64,000 bases of DNA, from positions 128,001 through 192,000 of the forward strand of contig CAWAUM010000003.1 of the NCBI GenBank assembly GCA_963785235.1, read 5' to 3'. The DNA is from an uncultured delta proteobacterium. GTDB taxonomy: Bacteria > Desulfobacterota > Desulfomonilia > UBA1062. Below, one piece after another: positions 43,289 through 55,246 of the stretch. Positions within the stretch are counted from its first letter, which is position 1. The number at the start of each line of letters is the position of its first letter. The position numbers and the translations under genes were made by a program. Below the pieces are notes generated by a model. That model saw only the letters and a list, made by a program, of their open reading frames with translations. It had not been told where the DNA came from and did no database searches.

Positions 43289-44923
43289 TCAAAACCCTTT
43301 CAAAGCAATAATTCCAAGTGATATAAGCGTGGTTGCAATCACTATGTACCTTCCCCTTTTTCTGTTATTAAGCAGTATTTCATAGCTGTAAAAGAATATC
43401 AGAATCTGCACAATGAGAAACTCGGTTTGCCTGGAGTTCGTTATAGTATTTATCAGTGGTGAAGCACTTAAGGCTATGATGAGAATGAGATAATCCATAG
43501 GGCTTATCTGGAAGCTGCCCTTTCTTCTGTTCAGCCTTACCAGGATGAGTGCTGAAAGGATGCATATGAAACAACAACCAAGGTAGAGCATCCGAAAGCT
43601 CAACCCAAAAAAATGATAAGGCTGCTCTAAATTGAGATATACTATAGCTGGAATCATAAAATACAGGATAATCCGCACAATACTTCCAACGATCTGTTTT
43701 TTCACAGCCCACAGGCAAACAATTACTGCACCCAGAAGAAGAGCAACTACTGATATGTAGCCCGGTAGGCCTTCCACCTCTATGCAGTTAATTATCATCA
43801 GCGACGGCAGCAGGATATCAAGCGTGACCGTTGTGAATAAAAGCATTATGTCACGATTTTTCAGAAACCTGAGTCTTCCTTTTATGACATTGTCAATTAT
43901 CTCATAACGTTTGAACTTGAAACTATATTTATAAGTTACCTGGAAAAACGTTATGACAATCCCTGAGAGTATAAGATAGAGCCCTAAGATAAACCAATCG
44001 GAGCTGAACCGGAAGATGTAAGCACAGGCAACGAAAATTGTCTGAAGCAGATAGATAATGAAGACTGCTTCGGTGTGAAAAAGGCCAAGGCTTAAGAGCT
44101 TGTGGTGATAATGGTTATTGTCTGCCACAAAGGGAGACCTTCCGGCCTTGATCCTTTCAAACATGACTATGCAGGTATCGATTATAGGAAACCCTACAAT
44201 GAGCAAAGGGAGGACCGGGCATAACAGGGCATTCGTCTGAGTAATCTTCAGAGCCAGGACAATAGAGACGAACCCCAGCAACTGACTGCCTGCATCTCCC
44301 ATGAAGACCGAGGCCGGATAGGTGTTGAAACTTAAGAATCCGAAGAGTGCACCCAGCATGGCAATGCACATAACCGCTACAGCTTTGTCCCCCGATTGGT
44401 AGGCCAGGGCAAAAAGGCAGAGAAAGATGATCAGTGCTATACCGCCCGCAAGCCCATCAAGCCCGTCAGCCAGATTAATTGCATTGGTTACCCCCACAAT
44501 CACCAACAGCGTCAACGGCAGGGAAATGCCCAGGGGCAGATCAACACCGGCAGGGAGCAGCATGCCCAGCGAATTGATTTCAACTCCACCATAGATGATA
44601 ACCACCAGGGCTGCAGCTATCTGAGAAAGGAACTTGGGCCTGTAGCCGAGATTATACCTGTCGTCCGCAAGCCCCATAGCAACAAGGATGATGGCGCCAA
44701 TGACAACAGAAACTGCAAACTTGTCCAGCGTAAGCCCATAGAAGATTGCGATACAAAAGCCCAGGGCCATAGCCAGACCGCCGCTCTTGGGTATGGGCGT
44801 GGAATGCACCTTGCGCTCATTAGGAATGTCAAGAATATTTGCCCGCACAGCCACGGACTTGAACATGGGTATTGAGGCAAGGGTTATAAAGAGTGCGATA
44901 AATAGGGTGGATGCGAGTATCAT
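43289..44923 (-). CDS. WecA/MraY-family initiating HexNAc-1-P transferase with C-terminal membrane extension
   Basis: [40 protein letters not shown]. Confidence 0.92.
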   Translation of the reverse strand: MILASTLFIALFITLASIPMFKSVAVRANILDIPNERKVHSTPIPKSGGLAMALGFCIAIFYGLTLDKFAVSVVIGAIILVAMGLADDRYNLGYRPKFLSQIAAALVVIIYGGVEINSLGMLLPAGVDLPLGISLPLTLLVIVGVTNAINLADGLDGLAGGIALIIFLCLFALAYQSGDKAVAVMCIAMLGALFGFLSFNTYPASVFMGDAGSQLLGFVSIVLALKITQTNALLCPVLPLLIVGFPIIDTCIVMFERIKAGRSPFVADNNHYHHKLLSLGLFHTEAVFIIYLLQTIFVACAYIFRFSSDWFILGLYLILSGIVITFFQVTYKYSFKFKRYEIIDNVIKGRLRFLKNRDIMLLFTTVTLDILLPSLMIINCIEVEGLPGYISVVALLLGAVIVCLWAVKKQIVGSIVRIILYFMIPAIVYLNLEQPYHFFGLSFRMLYLGCCFICILSALILVRLNRRKGSFQISPMDYLILIIALSASPLINTITNSRQTEFLIVQILIFFYSYEILLNNRKRGRYIVIATTLISLGIIALKGF

Positions 44924-44927
44924 AATC

Positions 44928-46514
44928 TTACTTCACTAATGCAGAATTTGAATTCTGATGTCCCTTGATAAAGTCTACTAAAGCAGTCATCATATCTCTT
45001 ACAAACGTGTCCATTCTCTGTTCATTGACACTGATAGATTCACCCGGCCTGATGGGTGTTATTGTCCTGATGAACAGGTCATAGGTATTATCCCTCCTGA
45101 TGGCATGGAGGGCAAGATCGAACCGGTTGATATTTTTATCATAAGAAGCCCTGTTCTTTGTCTGGAACCAGAAATATACCACCATTTTACTACCCATGTT
45201 GGCCACAATCATCCTGGTCACTTTGAGCCGCCCGAAAAACGGGACGCCTTTGATCTCATGGGTTGATGTCTCAAGGGGTTCCCATCCGGAAGAAGGCAGA
45301 CAGACCGTGGGACTGTGGAAGAAATTCTCATTAGCCAGAAAAGCAGTTCCCCGGTATCCTATATAGAGCGATACATCGTCCCCTGCACTGTTCCGGTAAT
45401 TACCATTAAATGCCTCCTCGGCCCCTGATTCATCGATAATCTCAGGGTCAACAAGGGTTGCCTGGCCGGACCAGTTTGAAAACATGAGCGGAAAACTTGC
45501 AATACCCCCGGTTAATTTGATGGGGGGAAGCGCTTGCGTACTGAAGCTGAGGCCTGCAACAATGATCAAAATAATTATTGATGTTATAAAGGCGCTATTT
45601 ATAGAGGATTCTCCTCTTGCCTTTAGAATGCCGGGATCAGACTCGGATACGGCTATTTCCTCCTCCTTGCTTTTCTTTGGAGGCAACAAAGAAAGTATTC
45701 TCCCGATCAAGAACAGCAAGCAGGATGAAGCCATGAACAAAACCCACCCGGAAAAACCGTGAAAGAAACCTTCCGCAACACCGGGACCGTAATAGTTTGT
45801 GAGAATACCAGTAATCCCGATCCTCAGCGCATTGGTGAGAATGGCAATGGGGATGGTTACGAGGATACAAAATATGCGTTTCCATGCAACACTCTCGAAG
45901 AGATATGCATAGATAACACCAATGGCTAGAAGGGGGAAAACATAGCGAAGGCCATTGCATGCATCAACAACCTGTAGTTGCGTAACGCCAAGGTCGATTA
46001 TGTTGCCACTGACATTTACAGATATGTTGAAAAACCGTATTATCTCACCTCCCATTTTTGATGAGATGGATTTGAGGTAAATCCCTATAGTTCTTTCAAG
46101 AACAGGCGGTATCGGAACCATGAAAATCAAAAATCCGAGTGGTAAGATCAAGCGCCGGGTTATGTCCAGCCCAAAGCAGAAAGCTGTAAAACAGATGATC
46201 AGCAAAGGCACTGCGGGCATAGAGATATTTCCGCTGGACCCGAGGATTCCATAGATGGAGAGCAGGACAAGGGCTATCAGGACAGGGAAAACAGCCCATG
46301 AGTTCTTTAACTTCACATCCTTCAGGCGGGAACGCATGTCCCAAAGCAAATACATTGAAACCACCGGAATTAAAAACCCATAGGAATAATCATCATTTTT
46401 CAACCAGGTATTGACCAGCGCTGTAATGGGGACCCAGTAAGCCGCAATAAAAAAAACCAAAAGCAGCGAAACTTTAAACCAGGTGCCTTTTATAAAGTCA
46501 CTTATAGAACTCAC
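44928..46514 (-). CDS. Exosortase fused to an EpsI-like domain (XrtD-like architecture; subtype unverified)
   Basis: YSYGFLIP, catalytic VVDACNG (Cys), NALRI (Arg), FHGFSG (His); C-term [12 protein letters not shown] and VYFWFQ. Confidence 0.9.
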   Translation of the reverse strand: MSSISDFIKGTWFKVSLLLVFFIAAYWVPITALVNTWLKNDDYSYGFLIPVVSMYLLWDMRSRLKDVKLKNSWAVFPVLIALVLLSIYGILGSSGNISMPAVPLLIICFTAFCFGLDITRRLILPLGFLIFMVPIPPVLERTIGIYLKSISSKMGGEIIRFFNISVNVSGNIIDLGVTQLQVVDACNGLRYVFPLLAIGVIYAYLFESVAWKRIFCILVTIPIAILTNALRIGITGILTNYYGPGVAEGFFHGFSGWVLFMASSCLLFLIGRILSLLPPKKSKEEEIAVSESDPGILKARGESSINSAFITSIIILIIVAGLSFSTQALPPIKLTGGIASFPLMFSNWSGQATLVDPEIIDESGAEEAFNGNYRNSAGDDVSLYIGYRGTAFLANENFFHSPTVCLPSSGWEPLETSTHEIKGVPFFGRLKVTRMIVANMGSKMVVYFWFQTKNRASYDKNINRFDLALHAIRRDNTYDLFIRTITPIRPGESISVNEQRMDTFVRDMMTALVDFIKGHQNSNSALVK

Positions 46515-47471
46515 AACTCAACCTCACTCGACCCTCTGAGTTTATTTCTTAAAATCCAGGACAGCGGAACCCAGAATTTTCGACGCATGAGATGCCCGAC
46601 GCTCCCGATCATCCAGCAGGTCTGTTTGCACGCATCCACTTTTCTGCGCGCCTCCTCAGCTTCCGGGCTTGTCCAGATATCCTGGAATGATCTTTCCCTT
46701 ATATTGCCAAAGGGAAAATCCATGACATTGCACGGCCGGACATAGCCATAAGGGTCAATGAAAAAAGAATCCGTTGCCATGGTGCATTTCAGCGACCTTT
46801 CTTCGCCATGCATATGTTTTATTATGCCCTTGGTAAAATATGCCCGGAACCAGTCTTTGGGGTGTTTTGATCCCAGATACTCACCTAATAGGTCTTTAAT
46901 CCCCGATTCGACCCTGGCCATGTCAAAAATGGCGTTGTCTTCTTTATGAAAGTAATAGGCATTGTGCAATATGGCTGTTGCCAGTTCCACACCGTTCTCA
47001 CAGGCCAGCCTATAGAGCGGAACAAGGTCTTGTGCATTCTGGTCGGAGATGGTCACTGCAATACCCAGGTCTTTGATGCCAAGGGCTTTCAGGCCCTTGA
47101 GGGTCTCCAGAGCAAGCGAATGGGCCTTTTTGATTCCCCGGATCTTGTTATGTGTCTCGCCAATTCCGTCAAAACTGATGCGTATGCCCACGTCCTTGTG
47201 TTTCTGCATGACCTCCATGGTTTTCTTGGTCAGAAAGCCGTTGGAGCTGATCACGACACGTTTGGCCTTGGTCTTGACGACATCGAGGATGTCGCTCAGG
47301 TCATCTCTCAGGAAGGGCTCACCGCCGGTGATATTGAGCGCGTACCATCTTCGGCAGGGTGGTAAGTTCATCCGCCCTGATCTCCTCTTCCTTTTTGCTT
47401 GGATACAGCCAGGTGTTACACATGATGCACTTGCTGTTGCACCTATACGTGACAGCTATAATTCCATCCAT
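46511..47471 (-). CDS. Radical SAM protein with twitch/SPASM-like domain (apparent indels ~47340-47375)
   Basis: N-term VTYRCNSKCIMC (CX3CX2C), TGGEPF; C-term KC...IDPYGYVRPC...GNI...ACKQTC. Confidence 0.9.
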
Positions 47472-47528
47472 CCATCTACTCCTGACAATGCTTTCCTTAT
47501 GGATCCACCAGGTAACTTTTTCCGGCCA

Positions 47529-48629
47529 TTACCTCTTAATCAAGGAGTTATAGAGCTCCTCCATCTGATCCGTAACACGGTCCCAGGAGTAATTCTTCCG
47601 TACATGCTCCAAGGCCGCCTGCTTTTTCTCCATAACCTTTTCCGGATTCCCGATCAGGTCTTTCAAAACACTGTAAAGGTCCTCGACATCACGGTTTCTA
47701 AAAGTGTACCCATGGCTTTCAAGTGCCTCCAGATTCTCTGGAATGTCACTGGAAAGACAGCAGTTACCATAATTCATAGCATCAAGGAGTGCGACCGGGA
47801 GGCCCTCCAGTGTAGACGGTAGGCAGAAGAGATAGGCATTGCTGAAAAGCTCCTGCATGGGCCTTCCGGTGACGAATCCGGGGAAGATTATTCGCGGGTC
47901 ATTCCCCGCCAAATCTCTGAGACGGGATTTGTATTTTTCCATATGAGCGGCATCGCCCGCAATGACGAGCTTCATCTCCGTATCCAGCCTGCGGAAGGCC
48001 TCAATGAGAAAGTGGGCGCCCTTTTCATCCACCAGCCTCGCGGCAAAAAGAACATACCTGTCCGGCAACAGCCCCTGTTCGAGAATCCACCTCGCGGACT
48101 GTTTTTCCACCGGCTCGACCCCGTTGGGAATATACACGACCTCCCGGGCGAATTTATCCTCATAGTATTGCTTCTGCACCTTCGAGACCACGGTGGCCTT
48201 GTTGGGGAAATAGACCACGCTGTAATCCGACAGCCGGAAAAAGGTCTTGCCTATGAAGCCCCATTTATCACGCTTCCATTCCAGACCATGTGCCTGGACA
48301 ACGCTTGGTATGCCCCACATTCGCGGAAAGATGGAAAACACCGACGGACCGACGGCATGGACATGGACGAATCGGCATTATTGTTTCGAAGCACATCCAG
48401 CGTTGCATGGAAACAAATCGAGAGCTTGTGCAGGGACTTCGTGTTGACGGACGGCACCGTCTTGATCTCCATCCCTTTGAAATCCCATCCACCGTGCCAT
48501 AATCCCGACTGGAATAAACGATGACGTGATGTCCCTCGCATAGCCAGGCGGACTGCCGATCTCCTCGGTGACCTTTTCTATGCCACCCCCGATGGGGATG
48601 CCTTTTACCGCAATATAGGCGATGTGCAC
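47529..48629 (-). CDS. GT4 glycosyltransferase (several apparent indels)
   Basis: GGIEKV, HGLEWKRDKW, RLVDEKG, PSTLEGLPVALLDAM. Confidence 0.88.
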
Positions 48630-48670
48630 GGCAACACCCTCTCTATCTCCTTAAGCAACGTGAGTGATCC

Positions 48671-51489
48671 TCACTGCAGGAACGTCAATCCCAGCAAAGC
48701 TAACTTTGCCTTGGTTGCCGGTTCTGACGCACTTAAATGAATACTTCGTATCTTTTCTCCCGGGTGTGGATTTTTCCAGGTAAACATCTGAACATTAAGG
48801 GGAATACCTGCGGCTGAGAAACCTCGCCATACGACATTTGACCCGATCAGGACATCAGGGCTTCTGACAAATTTCCAGCCGTTCAGCCTGAGACCTTTGC
48901 TTGAACGTATGTCTGTGATGTTCCAGTTTCTAAAAGGTCAATGCTCTCTGATCGGCCGGAGTCATATTTAATACTATACCTGCCTATTTTTCGTGGCGTT
49001 AACTGTGGATCCTCCATGAATGCTGTATGCAGGAATACAAGCTTCTCTCCTTGCATATCACCCTGAAAAACCTCTTTTTCCTTCGGCAGCCTATCATCCG
49101 CACATGCAACTATGATACAAGTGTTCTTACCCCCTGAATCAGGTAATAAGTCAAACACTATACCGTCAAAAACCTGCTTCCCCGATATTAATGTACGCAA
49201 GTCTAGGACAGGTCCTATATCAAAAAATCCGCTCATGTTTACAGAAGAGTACACCATCTGCCTGTTGCAGTTCTTTGATAAGTCTATAGGCCTCTGTTTG
49301 TATTTACCTGCATCTTTGATGTCATATCTCATCGTTTCCGCCAAAGCGGTCACATCACCATCCCCCTTATCAATAGCGCACTGCGCCGACCAGGCGCACA
49401 TCGGTGCATACAAGGTCGTTGCAGCAGGAGATAGTGTGCTAAATAAACCCCAGCTCGTTGCAATGACACCCTGCCCGCCAAATCTCTTCACGCTTTGTGC
49501 AAGTGCCTTAGCTGCATTAGGATCATGCCAGGGAGAACCAACAACGCGAAAACCATTATTGCGGAAATATTCTATGCTGCGATAGTCCGTTCTCTCAGTG
49601 TAATGCCAGTCAAGAATGAGGATATCAGAAGGTAGCTTTTTTAACGCTTCGTGTGTAGATCCTGAATTAAAAGTGGGATTATTACTGTTGGCAGAGCCCA
49701 CTTCAGCCTCCCAGCGTTTGTGATCGAGGAGCATGTCACCCCACATGGCAGTCTGCACTCTCTGATTTTTCAGCCAGTCATGAATTCGCCTGACATCCAT
49801 AGTTAAGATATCCGCAGTACTCTTGCTCGATTTTGAGGAATAAATGGACAGGCCCTTTATCTCGTCATGGCTTATGAGAAGCGTCTTCGGTTGATACGTT
49901 TTCAAAAGTTCTTCATAGAGTGAGAACAAACTCTTATATGATTCTCTTAAGGGGTCGTAAAAGGTGGACCCTTCGGCTATCTCCATCTGCTTAAAATCAG
50001 TGGCTTTGAAGGCGGAGATCATCCCTGCCCAAACATCCATGTGCAGAGCCCGGGCATAGTCCCCGATCTCCCTCATCTGGTCCTTAGTCCAGCCGCCGTC
50101 ATCGACGTTTTTTGACCATGAGAGCATCTGCCTGGGCACATGGAGGAAAATTACTACATTGCTCCGTGCACGAGAAAAGGCATCCAGGTATTTCTTCATC
50201 AAACCGATATCACGGATAGCAGGCTTGAGCATTTCTATACATACCCCTCTTATAGGCAGATCAGGCCAGTCACGTATTGTCCCACACGGTATTTTCCAAT
50301 TGCCTGAGTCTCTTTTAAGTAGGCCTATGAGTGCATAGGCTCCATACAAACATCCTCTCTCGTCAGCCGCTCTTATTACAGCCTTGTCCGGAGTCACGCT
50401 GATCTCGAACCCCTCTGCGGGAAGGTTGAAATCCTTTCCAGGCAGAACCCTTTGAATATGGATTCCCCTTCCCTGAGAATTCCCGGTCGATATTCTGACC
50501 GACAGATTCACTGACGCAAGTTCCCCAATCTCCTGCTTCAGGATCGTTTCTGCTTTTTCCAAAGGCATGCCCCAGATACCATCCCCGGAATGTAGCAGAT
50601 ATTGCCCGGATGCCCTTCTTTGCTCTTTGGGTGGTGGAGCATAGAACGGCCATGCATTTACTGAAGCTATCTTATTCCCCGGGCCCTTTGATCCCTGAAG
50701 CATATTGGATCGTGACGGAGGGAGAGTATGGATGGAATATTTAAATGAGTAAGTTCGGCCAGGATAGAGAAATTTCTTGTCCCCATTGAATAAGATGCTC
50801 TTGGAAGGATCCCAGGGAATATTTCTAAAATCAGCCATACGTATCGTACCGGTATCCATGAGATCCTTAATCTCCAGGTCACACAAGGCCCCCTTCACAA
50901 TGATCCGATTCTTGTCCTTGAGAAGAATACGCTTGGCAATAGGCAAAGGATCAGGGGGAATGCTGCCGGCATCATAAAAAGAAGCCGGAGTCGCCTCAAT
51001 TGTTGCCCCCTTAAAGAGATCACCGGAAATTTTTATGAACTCAAAGCTTATGTTGGAAAGCCGGGAAGGTGCCTTGTACGTCATGGATATTTCGATGGTA
51101 CTCGGATCGACTTGTTTGAGACTCAGCGTATAAACCGCATCTGATGCCGGGTCATTCCCTGAAATGATGAATGTCCCGGCAGGGTTTTCTGTAAGTCTTC
51201 CGTTCCAAGGTCCGCTCCAAATCCTCTTACGGCTTCCTGTCAGACTCAATTCATAAAATTCAAAAAAACCCCCAATGCTCACAACAGCCTTCATGCCATT
51301 ACAGAATGCCCGGGCACGGTTTTTGGTATCAACTCGCAGTTGGAGACTTGGTGAGACGCTTTCAGGTTTTGCATAAGTATCCTCACCCTTACTACCGGCA
51401 ATCTTCAAAGGGAGAATAAGAATCATAAAAACCGTTAAAGACAATACAACTAAATTATCAGAGCAGCCTTTTCTTTTGACTATATCCAT
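48671..51489 (-). CDS. Secreted/membrane-anchored GH20-like hexosaminidase, multi-domain (apparent indel ~48925)
   Basis: EGFEISV...ADERGCLYG...IRDWPDLPIRG, catalytic-like HDE, MWGDML, DWHY; frame continues NWNITD...WKNPHP to stop 48671. Confidence 0.8.
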
Positions 51490-51528
51490 AAATCCCTTTG
51501 CCTTTACTGTTCAACACCACATCGATGA

Positions 51529-52781
51529 TTATTTCCGCACACACTTATTGAATATTGCTTCGATGGAAGACAGATGAGAATCGATTGAATGATTATTAAC
51601 AACATATTCCCTGGCCCGAATGCCCATTTCCTGTGATTCCTTCGGGTTCTGTATAAGCCTGTCCAATTTATCTGCTAAGTCATGTGCATTGCCCGCCTCG
51701 AAGTGATATCCGGTCTGTCCATCCATGACCATCTCCAGCAGACTTCCATGGTCGGATACAACTGCTGGTCTGGCTTGTGCCATTCCCTCCAAAACCACAT
51801 TGGGCTGATTCTCATAACACACGGATGGTACGACAAAGCATGTTGCCTGGCTGAATAATTCCCTAATCCGTTTTTGGTTCTGAAACCCATGGAAACGGAT
51901 ACGAGTTCCCAACTTGTTTGTAAATGAATCCTTCAGATGTAATGCATAGGGTGTAGTATCATCTCCGACAATTGTGAGGTGTGCGGATTGGTTTTTCAGG
52001 AGCATCATTGCCTCAAGCAATGTCTCAACACCCTTTTCATGACTTAACCTGCCTACATAGAGGATTTCCCCTGGAAAGGACGTTTGATTTCCTTCATAAA
52101 CCGCCGTATCAATCCATGTAGGTATATGGACGATCCTCTCCGGACTGACCCCCCCTGGACCATCTTCTCACGCGTAAACGCAGAGGGGGTGATGAAATAG
52201 TCAACATTGTCATAGAGCCGTCTCACCCGTGACAGCCACATCCCCGCAACCTTTATCAATGCAGCACCCAATGAACGCTGATATCCACCGCATCTGTTGT
52301 ACACTGCCATGATGAGTCCATGTTGCAGGCAATCCTCACAGATATGTCCGTCACGATAGAGGAGGTAGTTTGGGCAAACTTTGTGAAAATCAGACATCCG
52401 CCAGATAATAGGAACATCATTATGGCGACAAGCATCAATGATGCTGTCGCTGAAATAGACAGCATTGAGAAAAAGCGCAAGATCTGGCCGTACATCTTTA
52501 ATCAGCCTTTCAAGTTTCCGCCGTGCTTCGATGTGGTAAATGGAATTGAAGGCATACGCCATTTTTTTCCAAGGGGTCATTTTGAACTCATTGAAATAAA
52601 CACTGTCGGAACCAGACGGTGGGGAAACAAAATACTTTTTATAGGGGGTTTCATTGTTTTGTTCGAAGTTCACACAAAAAGGAATAAACTTGTGGTTGGG
52701 CATATTTTCCACAAGGGAGAACATGTATTTCTCAGGTCCACCGGTAATAAAATAGTTTCTATTTACGGTTAGTATCTTCAA
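51529..52781 (-). CDS. GT4 glycosyltransferase (apparent indels ~52060-52150)
   Basis: TGGPEKY, DFHKVCPNY...CEDC insert, GRLSHEKGV, PSVCYENQPNVVLEGM. Confidence 0.88.
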
Positions 52782-52851
52782 TGTGCTCGAGGCTCGGGGG
52801 TAGTGTTGTCGTTTACCTGCTTCTATTGATCATTCAAATCGCCATATAATT

Positions 52852-54043
52852 TTAGAGCCCTGTATCTTTCCCATCCATCATAGTGAAGGCAAGAAGTGTT
52901 TTTAAAGCATCAGAAGCTTCAAAAATATCCCGCGTCGACTGGTATTTTGGTGCTTTCACCTCATAATCGCGGTATTCTTCTGGGTTTTGGCCTCCTTCCC
53001 CAGCTTCAACCGCTTTGATAATATTGTAGAGTTCACGTGCTGTTACATAGTGCAGGATGAAACTCTTTCCGTCATTGTATTTCTTTTCAAGATAGCCAAG
53101 AATGTAGTTCATCTCTTCACCTAAAGCCTGTTCACTGTCGACTGCACCATGAGTATGTGTTTTGATTATAATCCAGTTCTTTTTTCCACTAACATGGATT
53201 CCGGTGTTGACCCAACCATTTATCCTTGTGTTCGAAATAGGATAGTATTTGGTCACGCTGTCTGCGGTACATCTGAGGCTTGAGACTTTGTTTCCAGCTA
53301 AGAAAGGAAAGACGGGTCCCTGTATAATCATGAGTCCCTGACCCTGACACCCACCCACTCTAACAATAGCCCCCTTATTGTAAGACTTCGGCCTGTGTGG
53401 GTCGCTATCAGCATAGTAGATTGAGTTTATCTGTCTTGGACTCGCCTCGGGTTCTGGTGAAGGGAATGTAAAATCAGCGTAGCACCCTGTTCTGTTTAAG
53501 ACGGCGATTTCATCGTTTACTCCACAACATCTGCCATCCAATGAATTGGCTAATGCCCAGTCACCATGAATGAATCCATATCGTTTCCTTCCATTTACAC
53601 TTCCAAATATGCCGAACTTACTATAGTCCTCAATGCATTTTAATATGGTTTCTTTCAAATTTTGCGCTGTGTCGGGCCGAGTTTCCCCGTGATGCAGGTG
53701 TAACTCAATTTCCCCATACCCGGCTTCACACAACGACACCAGATCTCGGAGGTTCCCATTCCTGTGATAATGTGGTGGAAAAAACCATGTCCTGGTCGGC
53801 AGATTTCCGTAAAAATCATGATGGTTGTTGGCAAGTTCCAGGATATAGCGAGAGAAGTTGCTTCATCCTGCCCCTCTCAACATCTATTCCCACGTGTCCT
53901 GTGCCAGGTTCAAAGTGATCCACCATACAGAAAAGAACGTGAATTGGTTTTACAGGAGGGTGAGAGAAAATTGATTTTACATATTTAGGAATCCACTTTG
54001 AAAGAACAAAGAGCAAGAATCTTATTTTATTTGTATTATTCAT
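52852..54043 (-). CDS. Hypothetical protein, possible metal-dependent deacetylase-like barrel (apparent indel ~53840)
   Basis: Joined frames: MVDHFEP...TWFFP...ELHLHH...FIHGDWAL...YADFTFPS...KTHTHG...HYVTARE. Confidence 0.6.
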
Positions 54044-54058
54044 AGTGAGATCTGTGAC

Positions 54059-54999
54059 CTAAGTTCTCAAGAAGGTGAACATGGACTTCTCTGCCCATTG
54101 GATCAGGTTCTTGCGCGGCCATACTGATAAAAAATTAGTGGGAGTATATTTGCCCTCATGGTAAAGTCTCCTTCTTGTTGGTGACTTAGCAATTGCATCC
54201 ATTATTGCAGAGTCATTAGTGCCCATACTGAATATTTTGCCACCATTATTGGGAACGAGTTCCTGAAGAAAATCGAGTCTTGGGCTAATTGTTTTCAAAA
54301 CCGGGTCATGAAGCCATGCAATACCGAAAACTCCTTTTACATCTTTATTGATCTTCATAGAGATCTGCGATATTTTGATATAAACGTATCCTTCCTTCAG
54401 CACCGAACGTCTTTCATTGAATCAATATCATGTGCGTCTAGATGCAGTTGATATAAGGGTTGAAAGCCTTTAAGATCAATCAAGAGAAAAAGCAACACGT
54501 TAATAAATTGATGTACATCATGTCTAAACAAGGACTTTAGGGGAAACTTATTGAGATGCACTTTTGCATAGCCTGCTGGGATGAGTCTGAGTGTACATAC
54601 CCCCAGGCATTTAAGAAACTTATCATTTGAATACATATAGAAATCTAGGGGCTCTTTGTCTGAGAGTATGTTACTGATAATTCTTTCAAAATTAATATGA
54701 AATAATGACTTGATATTTGGTGGCATATTGGATGAATCTAATTTAATAATATTATCGCGGATAAGATATATGAGAAGAAGTTGATTGTAGGATTGCAATA
54801 TTGATTCATCGCTTCTCTTTCTTATTTCATTGGTGAGATTAATTACATCCGTGCTCACATAATTATGTTTAGCAATATAAGGGTACCTCTCAAATAGTTT
54901 TGCATATTCATTCAGGGGGTATGTTGTTAATATTGAAGAAATAGAATTGAATCTAATTGTATAATTATTCAGTATCTCACTTATTTCATTGGAAAACAT
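54059..54999 (-). CDS. Hypothetical protein, very AT-rich (apparent indels ~54360-54410)
   Basis: Two overlapping ORFs, GGGAGG RBS; C-half GVFGIAWLHDPVL...SPTRRRLY..GKY. Confidence 0.6.
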
Positions 55000-55246
55000 C
55001 TGCTACCCTCCCACGTTATTCTAATAATGCAATAGTAATGATATGATAAAAAAATGGCATACAGATAAATAAAGGCATATGACATCCCTAGCAAGAGAAA
55101 GTGCTACACGTCGGCATGAATAAAGAATTTGATCTAATTGTGGATGTGACATTACTTTCTTGATACAGGCATTGAATACTTCCCATGTATCTGACTTACA
55201 CTGGCTATGCAAATTGAGCCCCTAATTAAAGACTGTTTGCCACTGA

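Noticed and set aside
55021-55212. 63-aa ORF in an EPS spacer
   Set aside because: TTG start, no clear RBS or motif; probably a chance ORF.
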